From contig CM059425.1 of NCBI GenBank assembly GCA_030390025.1, forward strand, positions 260,338,001-260,402,000: a DNA stretch of 64,000 nt, written 5' to 3'. Every line of letters begins with the position of its first letter. Within the stretch, counting starts at the first letter, position 1. The notes beneath the pieces are model-generated. The model made no database searches. It had not been told where the DNA came from and saw nothing but the letters and a program-made list of their open reading frames with translations. Of the stretch, positions 15,201 to 27,200 are shown one piece after another. This DNA comes from Squalus acanthias. Lineage: Eukaryota. The translations under genes and the position numbers were made by a program.

Positions 15201-18200
15201 TCAAACTCACGTCTCCGGATCATTAGGCCTCTGGATTACTAGTCTAGTGACATAACCACTATGCTACCGTACCCGATTTATGGCTCCTAGTTCTTGTCTC
15301 TCCCACAAATGGAAACATCTCCTTTATCACGATCCTATCAAACCCTTTCACAATGTTCAAGTATCAGGTCACCACCCAGTCTTCTTTCTTCCAATGAAAA
15401 GAGCCCCAGCCTGTTCAATCTTTCCTGATGGGTAGAACCCCTCAGTTCTGGTATCATTCCAGCAAATCTTTTTTTGTGCTTCCGATTCCCGAGTCCAAAT
15501 TGTTTCTGTAACTTGTGAGCAACAGTGGTCCCAGCACCGCTCCTTAACCGCTGCGCTATTTGCTGTGTTGTAGTTGCTTGTGGAGTCGCCTCATTACCTG
15601 TCTCAGCTTGCTGTGACTCCCTAAAATTAACAACACTGTAAACACCACCACTTCCAAGTTCTTGTGGATCTGTCAAAGACACAAAAATGTAAGAAAATAT
15701 GGAACATGGATTTTTTTGACTGGAGTAAAATAGGTGAAAGGACCATCGTACATGACCCCATCAAGGCTGGAAAAATAGAGGAGAAAATGAGCTGAATCAC
15801 AAAGTAATGATTTGGGGATCGCCAAACTGAGCTTTTAAAAACTCTCGGAAAACTCTTAGCTTTTGAGTTTTGCGGCTTATCCGTGGCTCAGTTGGTAGCA
15901 CTCTCACCTCAATGTCTGAAGACCATGGGCTCAAGTCCCACTCCAGAGATTTGAGCACATAATCCAGACCGACATCCCCAGTGCAGTGCTGAGGGAGTGC
16001 TGCACTGTCGGAGGTGCCGTCTTTCGGATGAGACTTAAATTGAGGCCCCACCTGCTCTCTCAGGTGGACGTAACAGATCCCATGACCACGATATTGAAGA
16101 AGAGCAGGGGAGTTCTCCCAGGTGTCCTGGCCGATATACATTTCTCAAACCGAAAACAGATTATCTGGTCATTATCACATTGCTGTTTGTGGGACCTTGC
16201 TGTGCGCAAATTGGCTGCCACGTTTCCCACATTACAACAGTGACTCCACTTCAAAAGTCATTCATTGTATATGAAGCGTTTTGTGAAATCCTGAGGTTGT
16301 GAAAGGTGCGACAGAAATACAAGTTCTTTCTTTAAAAGCCTGTAGATTGGAGGACGGGTGGACTCGTGGAGGACGGGTGGACTCGGGTAGGACGGGTGGA
16401 CTCGGGGGGCTGGGGGGACGGGACGACTCGGGTAGGACGGGTGGACTCGGGTAGGACGGGTGGACTCGGGGGGGCTGGGGGGACGGGACGACTCGGGTAG
16501 GACGGGTGGACTCGGGTAGGACGGGTGGACTCGGGTAGGACGGGACGACTCGGGTAGGACGGGTGGACTCGGGGGGGACGGGTGGACTCGGTGGGGATGG
16601 GTCGACTCGGGGGGGACGGGTGGACTCGGTGGGGACGGGTCGACTTGGGGGGGGGACGACTCGGGGGGGGACGACTCGGGGGTGGGGGGGGACGGGTGGA
16701 CTCGGGGCGGGGGATGGGTGGACTTGGGGGGACGGGACGGGTGGACTTGGGGGGGGGGGGGGACGGGTGGACTCGGGGGGGGAGAGGGGGGGACGGGTGG
16801 ACTTGGGGGGGGACGACTCAGGGGGGGAGGGTGGGACGGGACGACTCAGGGGGGGGACGGGTGGACTCGGGGGGGGGACGGGGGGACGGGACGACTCGGG
16901 GGGGGATGACTCGGGGGGGGGGGGAATATGACTCGGGGGGGGGGGGACGACTCGGGGGGGACGGGACGACTTGGGTAGACAATAAGTTCCATATTTTTGT
17001 TGTTTAGGAAACGAACGGGATCGATTTCCATCCCTGTTTTCGGGTGGGAACAGGGCCGTAGACAGATCAAAATTGGAGTGCAGAACACAGCGCCCCATTT
17101 CAACCGTCGTTCCACCGGCCGCTATTTAGATTGGGGCCTTCAGGTAGGCTGTCGAGGCTCGTGCCCGAAACAGGTGGGAGCCTCATTATACAAAGTAAAT
17201 CGAGGGTCCTCTGATGTCTCGGAAACCTCGATGCACCTTTCAAGTAGCAATGGGTCAGGACATCGATCAGCCTAACGGTCTGAAAGGGACCGCCGGAGGC
17301 TGCTCCAAAACCAGGGCAGTTAGAGTTTTATATCAGCATTAATGTTCCTCCTGGCCCCACAAAGATCAGCCCACCCAATGCCCTGTCGCCCTGTCGCCCT
17401 CCCCCGGGATCGCCCCCTTCCCCCGCTCCCCTACCAGGTCCCCACTTGCTCTGCTCCGTGGAGGAGCCGCTCCATTTCCCGATTGGCCAGTTGCTCCGAT
17501 CGGGCGGGCAACTCCTCTCAAATATGCGAATCTGGCCCGACCATCAAAATGGTTCAGTCCTCCGACCGCTTTCATTGGGCGGGAGGGCAGCGGGCTCGCT
17601 CCGACTACCCCCTGCCCAATGAAAGGGCTCGCACCAAAGTCGGCCCCAATGGGTTAGAATGGGAGACCAATCTTAGTTCCAACACAGGGATGGTGAAGGG
17701 AGGGTGGGGGGGGGAAGAGGTTAGAGAATGATGGGCCGAGACCAGGAGGAGTGGGCCTGGTGGGACCACAGCGAGAGCGGAGCAGTTAAAAGCAACAGTC
17801 CCGAGCGGCAGGAGCCCGAGACCGGGAGGAGTGGGCCTGGTGGGACCGCAGCGAGAGCGGAGCAGTTAAAAGCAACAGTCCCGAGCGGCAGGAGCCCGAG
17901 ACCGGGAGGAGTGGGCCTGGTGGGACCGCAGCGAGAGCGGAGCAGTTAAAAGGAGCAGTCCCGAGCGACAGGAGCCCGAGACCGGGAGGAGTGGGCCTGG
18001 TGGGACCGCAGCGAGAGCGGAGCAGTTAAAAGCAACAGTCCCGAGCGGCAGGAGCCCGAGACCGGGAGGAGTGGGCCTGGTGGGACCGCAGCGAGAGCGG
18101 AGCAGTTAAAAGGAGCGGCAGCAACTCAACAGAGGCAGCTTTTGAAAAAGTGACGTCAGAGTAAAAAAAGTGACGTCGGCACAAGGGAAGGAGCTGATTG

Positions 18201-21200
18201 GCGAGTAGCTGGTGAGTGTATTTTTTAAATAATTTTTTTGAGTTTATATGTTTATTTCTGCTAAGTTAGTTAATAGCCTATTAAATAGTGGGAAAGAGCT
18301 GTTTGGTGAGCAGCTGGGGAGTGTATTTTTTAAGTTTTAAGTTTATTTCTGCTGGGTTAGTTCTTAGTCTATTAAATAGAGGCATGGCAGGGCCGCTCAG
18401 TCCCGTGGAGGGCACATCCTGTGCCATGTGGGGAGTCCTGGACGCTTCGCGGAGCCTGGACGACCACATGTGCAGGAAGTGTCGCCAGCTACAGCAACTC
18501 GAGCTCTGGGTTTCGGAGCTTGAGCGGCGGCTGGAGTCACTGTGGTGCATCCGCGAGGCTGAGAGTTACGTGGATGGCACGTTTCAGGAGGTGGTCACCC
18601 TGCAGCTAAGGAGTGTGCAGGCAGAGAGGGAATGGGTGACCGCCAGACAGAAGAGGAGGACCAGGCAGGTAGTGCAGGAGTCCCCGGAGTGCATCGTGCT
18701 CTCCAACCAGTATTCTGTTCTGAGTACTGGTGAGGGCGATGGTTCCTCTGGGGAGTGCAGCCAGAGTCAAGTCCATGGCACCACGGGTGGCTCAGCTGCA
18801 CAGGGGTGGGGGGACGGGAGGAAGAAGAGTGGAAGAGCAATAGTGGTAGGAGATTCGATAGTTAGGGGAGCAGACAGACGTTTCTGTGGCCGTAGATGTG
18901 ACTCCAGGATGGTATGTTGCCTCCCTGGTGCCAGGGTCAAGGATGTCACTGAGCGGCTGCAGGACATTCTGAGGAGGGAGGGTGAACAGCCAGAGGTCGT
19001 TGTCCATATCGGTACCGACGATATAGGCAGAAAGAGGGATGAGGTCCTGCAAGCAGAGTTTAGTGAGCTAGGAGAGAGATTAAAAAGCAGGACCTCAAAA
19101 GGTAGTAATCTCCAGATTACTCCCGGTGCCACGTGCTAGTGAGTACAGGAATAGGAGGATAGAACAGATGAATCGGCTGGAGAGATGGTGTAGGAGAGAG
19201 GGCTTTAGATTCCTGAGGCATTGGGACCGTTTCTGGGGAAGGTGGGACCTGTACAAGCCGGATGGTTTACACCTCAACAGAGCCGGGACCAATATTCTTG
19301 CGGGGAAGTTTGTTAGTGCTGTTGGGGAGGGTTTAAACCAGCTTGGCAGGGGGATGGGCACCAGCATATAGGAGTAGAACAGAGGAACAAGGTGCATAAA
19401 AGAGTGAGTGTGTTGCATAGTACTAGAGAAGATAGTACTAGGGGCGGTAGTAGTACCATATTAGATAGGAGCAGACTAAGAAAGACTACGAAAAATTCAA
19501 AAATGGGTTTAGAATGCATGTACGTAAATGCATAAAGTGTGGTGAATAAGGTTGGTGAGCTACAAGCACAATTAGCCGGGTGGCAATATGATGTGGCAAT
19601 AACGGAAACGTGGCTTAAAAACGATGAGGACTGGGCACTTAATATTCAAAGGTACAAGGTGTTCAGAAAAGATAGGGAAGGAAAAAAGGGAGGTGGGGTG
19701 GCAGTGCTGATTAAGGAAGACATTGTAGTGTTGGAAAGGAAGGATGTTCTTGAGGGGACAAGGACAGAATCCATTTGGTTAGAGTTGAGGAGCAAAAAGG
19801 GCATGATCAAGCTATTGGGGGTATTCTACAGGCCTCCAAATAGTGAGAGGGAGGTAGAGGAGAAAATCTGCAAGGAAATCGCCGAAATATGCAAGAGCTA
19901 TAGAGTGGTGATATTTGGGGACTTTAATTACCCAAATGTCGATTGGGATAATGCTAGAGTAAAGGGAAAGGAGGGGGAGGAATTTCTGAAATGTGTTCAG
20001 GAGAATTCCCTTGACCAGTATGTTCTTGGCCCAACTAGGAAGGAGGCATTGCTGGATCTGGTGCTGGGGAATGAGGTGGGTCAGGTTGTCCAAGTGTCTG
20101 TGGGAGAACACTTGTGTACGAGTGATCATCGTATCATTAGATTTAGATTAGCAATGGAGAGGAGCAAGGACCAATCTAGAGTGGAACTTCTAAACTGGAA
20201 TAGGGCTAACTTCAATGGGATGCGAAAGGATCTAGCCAGTGTATAATGGAACCAAAGACTGACAGGAAAACTGTAACGGAACAATGGGTGATCTTTAAGG
20301 AGGAGATGTTCCAAGTACAGGCTAGGTACATTCCAACAAGAGGGAAGGGTAAGGGAACCAAAGCAAGGACTCCTTGGATGATGAGGGAGATAGAGAAGAT
20401 GATGAAACAAAAAAGGTGTATGATGCATGTCAGGTGAATTCTTCAAAGGAGAACCAGACCAAATACAATAAGTTGAGAGGGGAAGTGAAGATGAAAATAA
20501 CATTGGCAAAGAGAGAATATGAGAGTAGAATGGCGGTTAACATAAAAGGGAACCCAAAAATATTCTACCGGCATGTAAACAGTAAGCAGGTAGTAAGCGG
20601 CAGGGTGGGACCTATTAGAGACAAAGAAGGTGATAAATGCTTAGAGGCGCAGGGCAAGGCTAGAATACTCGATGAGTACTTTGTATCGGTGTTTACTGAG
20701 GAGGTGGATGCTGACAAAATATCGGTAGAAGTGGAAAAAGTAGAAGCAATGGAAGCGGTGAAAAGTGATAGACAGGATGTACTAGAAAGGATGGGTATGC
20801 TTAGAGTGGACAAGTTGCCTGGTCCAGATGGCTTGCATCCCAGGTTGCTAAGGGAATTGGGGGATGAGATAGCGGAAGGGCTTGGCATAATTTTCCAATC
20901 TTCCCTAGATGCGGGGGAGGTGCCCAAGGATTGGAAAGTGGCAAATGTGACACCATTGTTCAAGAAAGGATGTAGAGACAATCCTAGTAACTGCAGGCTG
21001 GTCAGTTTAACATCAGTGGTGGGTAAAGTTTTAGAAACAATAATCAAAGAAAAAATTAACGGGCACTTGGAGAGGTTTAAGCTAATTAAGGAGAGACAAC
21101 ACAGATTTGTAAAAGGCAGATTGTGTTTGACTAATCTAAGTGAATTTTTTGATGAAGTAACAGAGAGGATTGATGCAATGGATGTTGTTTACATGGATTT

Positions 21201-24200
21201 TCGGAAGGCGTTTGACAAGTACCACATAGAAGGCTCGTTAACAAAATTGAGGCTCATGGAATAGGTGGGTCAGTGGCAGATTGGATAAGGAATTGGCTTA
21301 AGGACAGAAAACAATGAGTTGTGGTAAATGGCTGTTTTTCAGACTGGAGGATGGTAGACAGTGGTGTTCCCCAAGGGTCAGTACTGGGGCCACTGCTTTT
21401 TTTGATATATATAAATGACTTGGATATTGGAATACAGAGTAGAATTTCTAAATTTGCCGATGACACCAAACTTGGCGGTGTGGCAAACAGTGAGGATGAT
21501 ATCAATCGACTGCAACAGGACATAGAAAGGCTAGCAGAATGGGCAGACAAGTGGCAGATGGAATTTAATACAGAGAAGTGTGAGGTGATGCATTTTGGCA
21601 GAAGGAACAGGGAGAGGCAATAGACACTTAATGGCACAGTTTTAAAGAGTGTGCAGGGACAAAGGGACCTGGAAGTTAATGTGCATAGGTCCCTGAACGT
21701 GGCAGGACATATTGAGAAAGTGGTTAGCAAAGCATATGGGATCTTGGGCTTCATAAATAGAGGTATTGAGTACAAAAGCAGAGAAGTTATGCTGAACCTT
21801 TATAAAGCGCTGGTTAGGCCACAACTGGAGTATTGCGTCCAGTTCTGGTCACCACACTTTAGGAAGGATGTGAAGTCCCTTGAGAGGGTGCAGAGGGGAT
21901 TTACCAGAATGGTTCCGGGGATGGGGGATCTTAGCTACAAGGATAGGTTGGTGAAGCTGGATTTGTTTTCATTAGAGCAAAGGAGGTTGAGGGGTGATTT
22001 GATAGAGGTGTACAAGATTATGACGGGTTTCGATAGGCTAGACGGGGAAAGGCTGTTCCCACTAGTTGATGGTACAAGGACTAGGGGACACAGATTTAAG
22101 GTTTTGGCCAAGAGATACAGGGGGGAACGTGGTCAAAAACTTTACGCAGCGAGTGGTGAGGACCTGGAATTCGCTGCCGATGGAAGTGGTGGAAGCGGAG
22201 ACACTCAGGGGGAAAAATTCAGCTGCTTGCGCCTCCCGTTAGCGCCTTAAGAGGGCGCTAATGGGGCGTAAAGCAGCTAACGCCCGGGCGCAGCGCCGCC
22301 CACGCCTCCCGAAAAATTTAGTGGGAGGTTAGCGGCGGCGGCAGCCGGTAGCGCCCTGTGGCGCTGCGCCGCCGGCGATGACGTCATCGCCGTGCGCAGC
22401 ACCCCGCTCGCGCCCCGGCCGTGATCTTCAGTCGCGCCCCCTGATTTACCACCAGACGCTATGTCCGACGGGTTCAGGGAGGCGTACGTGCGGCCGGGGC
22501 GGCGATATTTAAAGGGGAGGTGGCAGGCGGCCATTTTTGTTGCTGGCCGCCTGCCAGCACCTGCCCCCGTTGCTGTCCCCGGCCCCCGTGAAGCCCCCCC
22601 ACCGTGAAGTGCCGGCTGCGCTCCAAGAGCCCGGCACTTCTCTTGAGTGCCGGGCTCTTTTGCCGGCACTCCCGATCCCTGGGGGCCCAGATGGGCCCCG
22701 GTTCGCGCTGCGCAGGGTCCCTCCCCTTTAAGAAGGGGAGGAAGGCCTGCAATACCGCGGCGCGACGTGCCGCAGCGCGTGGTGCTGCGGCACGTAGCGC
22801 CAGGATATTCACTCGCAGCGCCCCAAGAGGGATGCGGGGTGCTTCCAGTGGCACCCCGCTTCCCTCTTGGGGCGCAACCACTGAAGTTCCGGCGCGGGGC
22901 CGCTAATTTTTTCGGGGCGCTAAAAGTCGCGCCCCGGCGAGGTTAGCGCCCCAAATGGGGCGCGACTCAATTTTTACCCCTCAATGTTTTCAAGGGGAGA
23001 CTGGATAGGCACTTGAGGGAAATAAACTTGCAGGGCTACGGGGATAGAGCGGGGGAATGGGACTGACTGGATTGCTCTACAGAGAGCCGGCATGGACTCG
23101 ATGGGCTGAATGGCCTCCTTCTGTGCTGTTATGACTCTATGGGGGAGAAATTCAGTATTGCCCCATTTGGGGCGCAATTATCGGCCGGGCGCAAAGATTA
23201 GCGCCTGGCGCTAATTATCGCCACCGACTGCAAACTTGACTTTTATCGCCCCTGGAGGTGATTGCAGCGCTAAATCAGGCGCTACACACCTGTCTTAAGG
23301 CGCAAAGGCCGAGGAGCGAGGCGCTACCTCAGAGCGCTGGCGAAGCTCATGTAATATCAGTCAGCAATGGAACACACACACAATGGCACGGGCCAGTTCT
23401 TAAAGGGGATGGTTAATCTTGCTTTCCATCCACATCCTGCTCATTGCAGCCTTGAATCTCGGCCTGGAGAGACCTGCACATCAAATGTGCTGGAAAGAAC
23501 AATGGAGAGTACCAGGCAAAGAGCTCAGAGTGCAGCCCCCACAGTCTCTGCTAAATCGATACAAGGAATGGCAAATCAAAATGAACCTGCAAAGTGCTGC
23601 TCAGTACCCAAAACTCCTTCACACAATGTTGAATCTCTCCAGAAGTCTCTCCCTCTCTCTCTCAGAATGCGTAGTTCAAAAATGGCACCAACAATAAAAG
23701 GCAGGAAGCGGTCACCTTTAAATAGCGCTCCCCCTTTCCCTTCATGACTGCAGAACGCTCCCCTCAACCTGTCATTGCTAGCATCAGGTGGTAAGGCAGG
23801 GGGCGCCACTCAATATCCGCTCCGGGGCGATACCGGGGCGTTGCGCACTTGAGTGACGTCATGATCTGCCGGCGCAGGAGATCGTGGCGGTAGTGTTTAG
23901 CGCCGCCGCAAAATGTCTCGTTAATTTCGCGAGCGGCGCAAACTTCGCCGCGCCTGGGCGCTAGATGCTTTGCGCCCCATTAGCGCCCTCTTAAGGCGCT
24001 AACGGGAGGCGCAACCAACTGAATTTTTCCCCCTATGACTCTATTAATCTATGACTATTTGCAGCTTAGGAGGAACAAGAGGACTGCAGGTCTTAGCAGT
24101 ATTGAAAAAAAAGAGACAAGAAAGTTTGCAATAGAGAGAGAGATATTAGAGGCTACAAGTGAGAGTGGGAGAGTCTAGAACTAGGTAGCATAGTCTCCAG

Positions 24201-27200
24201 GTGAAGGGGTCGGCCATTTAGGACTGAGATGAGGAGAAATTTCTTCACTCAGGGGGTTGTGAATCTTTGGAATTTTCTGCCCCAGAGGGCTGTGAATGCT
24301 GAGTCTTTTATATATTCAAGGCTGAGATCAATAGATTTTGGGACTCTTGGGGAATCAAGGGATATGGGGATCGGGCGGGAAAGTGGAGTTGAGGTCGAAG
24401 ATCAGCCATGATCTTATTGAATGGCGGAGCAGGCTCGAGGGGCCATATGGCCTCCTCCTGCTCCTAATTCTTATGTTCTTGCGTATCAATTTGTTTAACT
24501 TGTGTGTCCTATCCTTGGGCACGAGAGGTGTTACAAGAGTCTCCCCAGATATGGGAGCAGTATTGAAAAATCTTGGATGGATTAGGCTTCACAAAGAGTG
24601 AAGAGTTGTCGAGGGGAAAAGAAGCATGGAGAAAGAATCCAACCCGCTGAGAGGCAACGTCAGTGATGGAGGGGTTGTAGGCATTCCATTTAATTTTACA
24701 GGAGATAATCAGGCCAAAATGGCATTAAATGAAGAAGGATGAAGGGTGGATCCATCAAAGACTGGAAGTAGTAGCAGATGGTGGAACTCGAGGGACAAAG
24801 GAGGGTATTTTCACCTTCACCACTTGGGCAGTAAACTGGTGAAGAGAATCACCCACCCGTTATAGAACCCGCTCAGACTGAGATCGATAGGCTTTTGTTG
24901 GGTAAGGGTACCAGGGGACAAGGAGTCAAGGCGGGTAAATGCTGAGGTACAGATCAGCCATGATCTGATCGAATAGTGGAACAGGCTCGAGGGGCTGAAT
25001 GGCCTTTTGAACACGGGTTTTAAGCTTAAGTGTGTATTTCAAAGAATGTTCTCAATGCAAAGCGGGAGTTGTGAGTGGATTTGTCTCATTACCTGTCTCT
25101 GCTTGCTGTGACACCGTATCATTAGCAACACTGTTAACAGGAACACCTCCAGGTTCTCGTGGATCTATCAAAGACACAGAAACATAAGAAAGTATTTCTG
25201 TAGAAATCAATCGAAATGATAATCAGGCGGGCGGGCTCTATAACGGGTGGGTGATCTGCTCCACCAGTTTACCGTCCAAGGAATACCCTCCACACTCCCC
25301 CCACCCTGAGTAGATCTAGCGATCCAGCTATTGTGCTGTGCGTGGAATTGCGACCGTGTTCCAGCCCGACAAACCTCCGAGATCTCTGTGCTCCTCCAAT
25401 TCTGACCTCTTGCGCGTTCCCGATTTCCATCGTTCCACCATTGGCGGCCGTTCCTTCAGCCGCCTGGGCCTGAAACTCTGGAATTCCCTCCCTAAACCTC
25501 TCCGCCTCTCTACCTCTCACTCCTCCTTTAAGCGGAGATGCCGGTGTTGGACTGGGGTGGACAAAAGTGAGAAGTCGCACAACACCAGGTTATAGACTTC
25601 ACCTGACGAAGGAGCAGCGCTCCGAAAGCTTGTGATTTCAAATAAAGCTGTTGGACTATAACCTGGTGTTGTGCGACTTCTCACATTTGTCCTCCTTTAA
25701 GACCCTCCTTAAAACCTACCTCTTTGATCAATCTTTCCTAATATCTCATTATGTGGCTCAGTGTCAAATATTGTTTGATAATCGCTCCTGTGAAGGGTCT
25801 TGGGATGTTTTACTACGTTAAAGGTGCTATATAAATACAAGTTGTTGTTGTTTTGTGCACTCGGAATGTGTGAGCTGAAGGGACCTGTAGAGGAGAATTA
25901 ACAGAAAAAGAGTTGGACAGGGTTTGGGTGATAAGTGGAAGAGAGGACTGATTTGGGGAAAGAACAAAGTGGGAAAGGTTCTTGGGTTGAAGGGACAAGA
26001 CTCTGAAGATGAGCCCTCATCTACCGCATGGAGCAATGTCTGGGAAACTAGATAGCCATGAACGTGACTGTGGTGGAAGACCTCATGCCCCAACAACCTG
26101 CGCCCTGTCCAATGAGGCGCCATGCCAGGACCTTTGGCTCATCTCTTTCCCCTTGACTCTCAGTGCTATGTATTGAGACTCTGCTGGCTGTAGTTTCTGC
26201 TGCTAGCTCTGCATTCTTCAGTCTTGCCCGCCTCTGCTAGGTGGGGCACTTGCCCAGTAACGGTGGGGCAGGGAGCAACACTTCCAGGGCTGGGTTCTAC
26301 TGCTCAGGGCGGAGGTCTGGTGGGACGGGAGTTCCGACCGCTCTCCCCCTCTCCGACCCGTTTCCTCAGGTCAGAGTTCGTTTGATACGCACGACAGGCT
26401 TTTAAAATATTAATTCTGAGGATATGGGCGACGCTGGCAAGGCCGGCATTGATTGCCCATCCCGACAAGGTGCTGATACATCTGATGGCCTGTGGCTGAT
26501 GGAATTCAATGTCGGGAAGTGTGAGGTCATCCACTGTGGACCTAAGAAAGATAGATCAGAGTATTTTATAAATCACACAAGAACTGCGGAGGAGCAGAGA
26601 GATTTGGGGTCCTGGGAAAGAAATCACTAAAAGCTGGTGGACAGGGACAAAAATTAACGAGAAAGGCCAATGGGATGTTGGCCTTTATCTGGAGGAGTCC
26701 GGATTACAAAGGGGTTACAGTTGTATAAAGCTCTGGTTAGACAACATCTGGAGTAACTGCGTCCAGTCCTGGGCACCGCACCTCAGGAAGAATATAGTGA
26801 CCTCGGAGGGGGAGCAGCTCAGATTTAACCAGAATGATACCAGGGCTACAAGGTTAAATTATGAGGACAGGTCACACAGACTCGGCTTGTATTCCCTTGA
26901 ATATGGAAGATTAAGAGGTGATCTAATTGAGGTGTTTAAGATGATTAAAGGAGTTGAAAGGGTAGATAGAGAGAAACTATTTCCTCTGGTGGGGGTAGTC
27001 CAGCATAAGGGGGGCATAACCTTAAAATTAGAGCCAGGCCGTTCAGGGGTGATGCCAGGAAGCACTTCTTTGCATAAAGGGCAGTGGAAATCTGGAACTC
27101 TCTCCCCCCAAAAAGCTGTTGAGGCTGGGGGGTCAATTGAAAACTTCAAAATTCAAGATTGATTGATTTTTGTTAGGCAAGTGTATTAAGGGTTAGGGAA

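Noticed and set aside
17735-18117. Regular repeats resembling a CRISPR array (also 39640-40375)
   Set aside because: Head-to-tail units with no unique spacers, no cas genes, eukaryotic context. They are CR1 5' UTR monomers.
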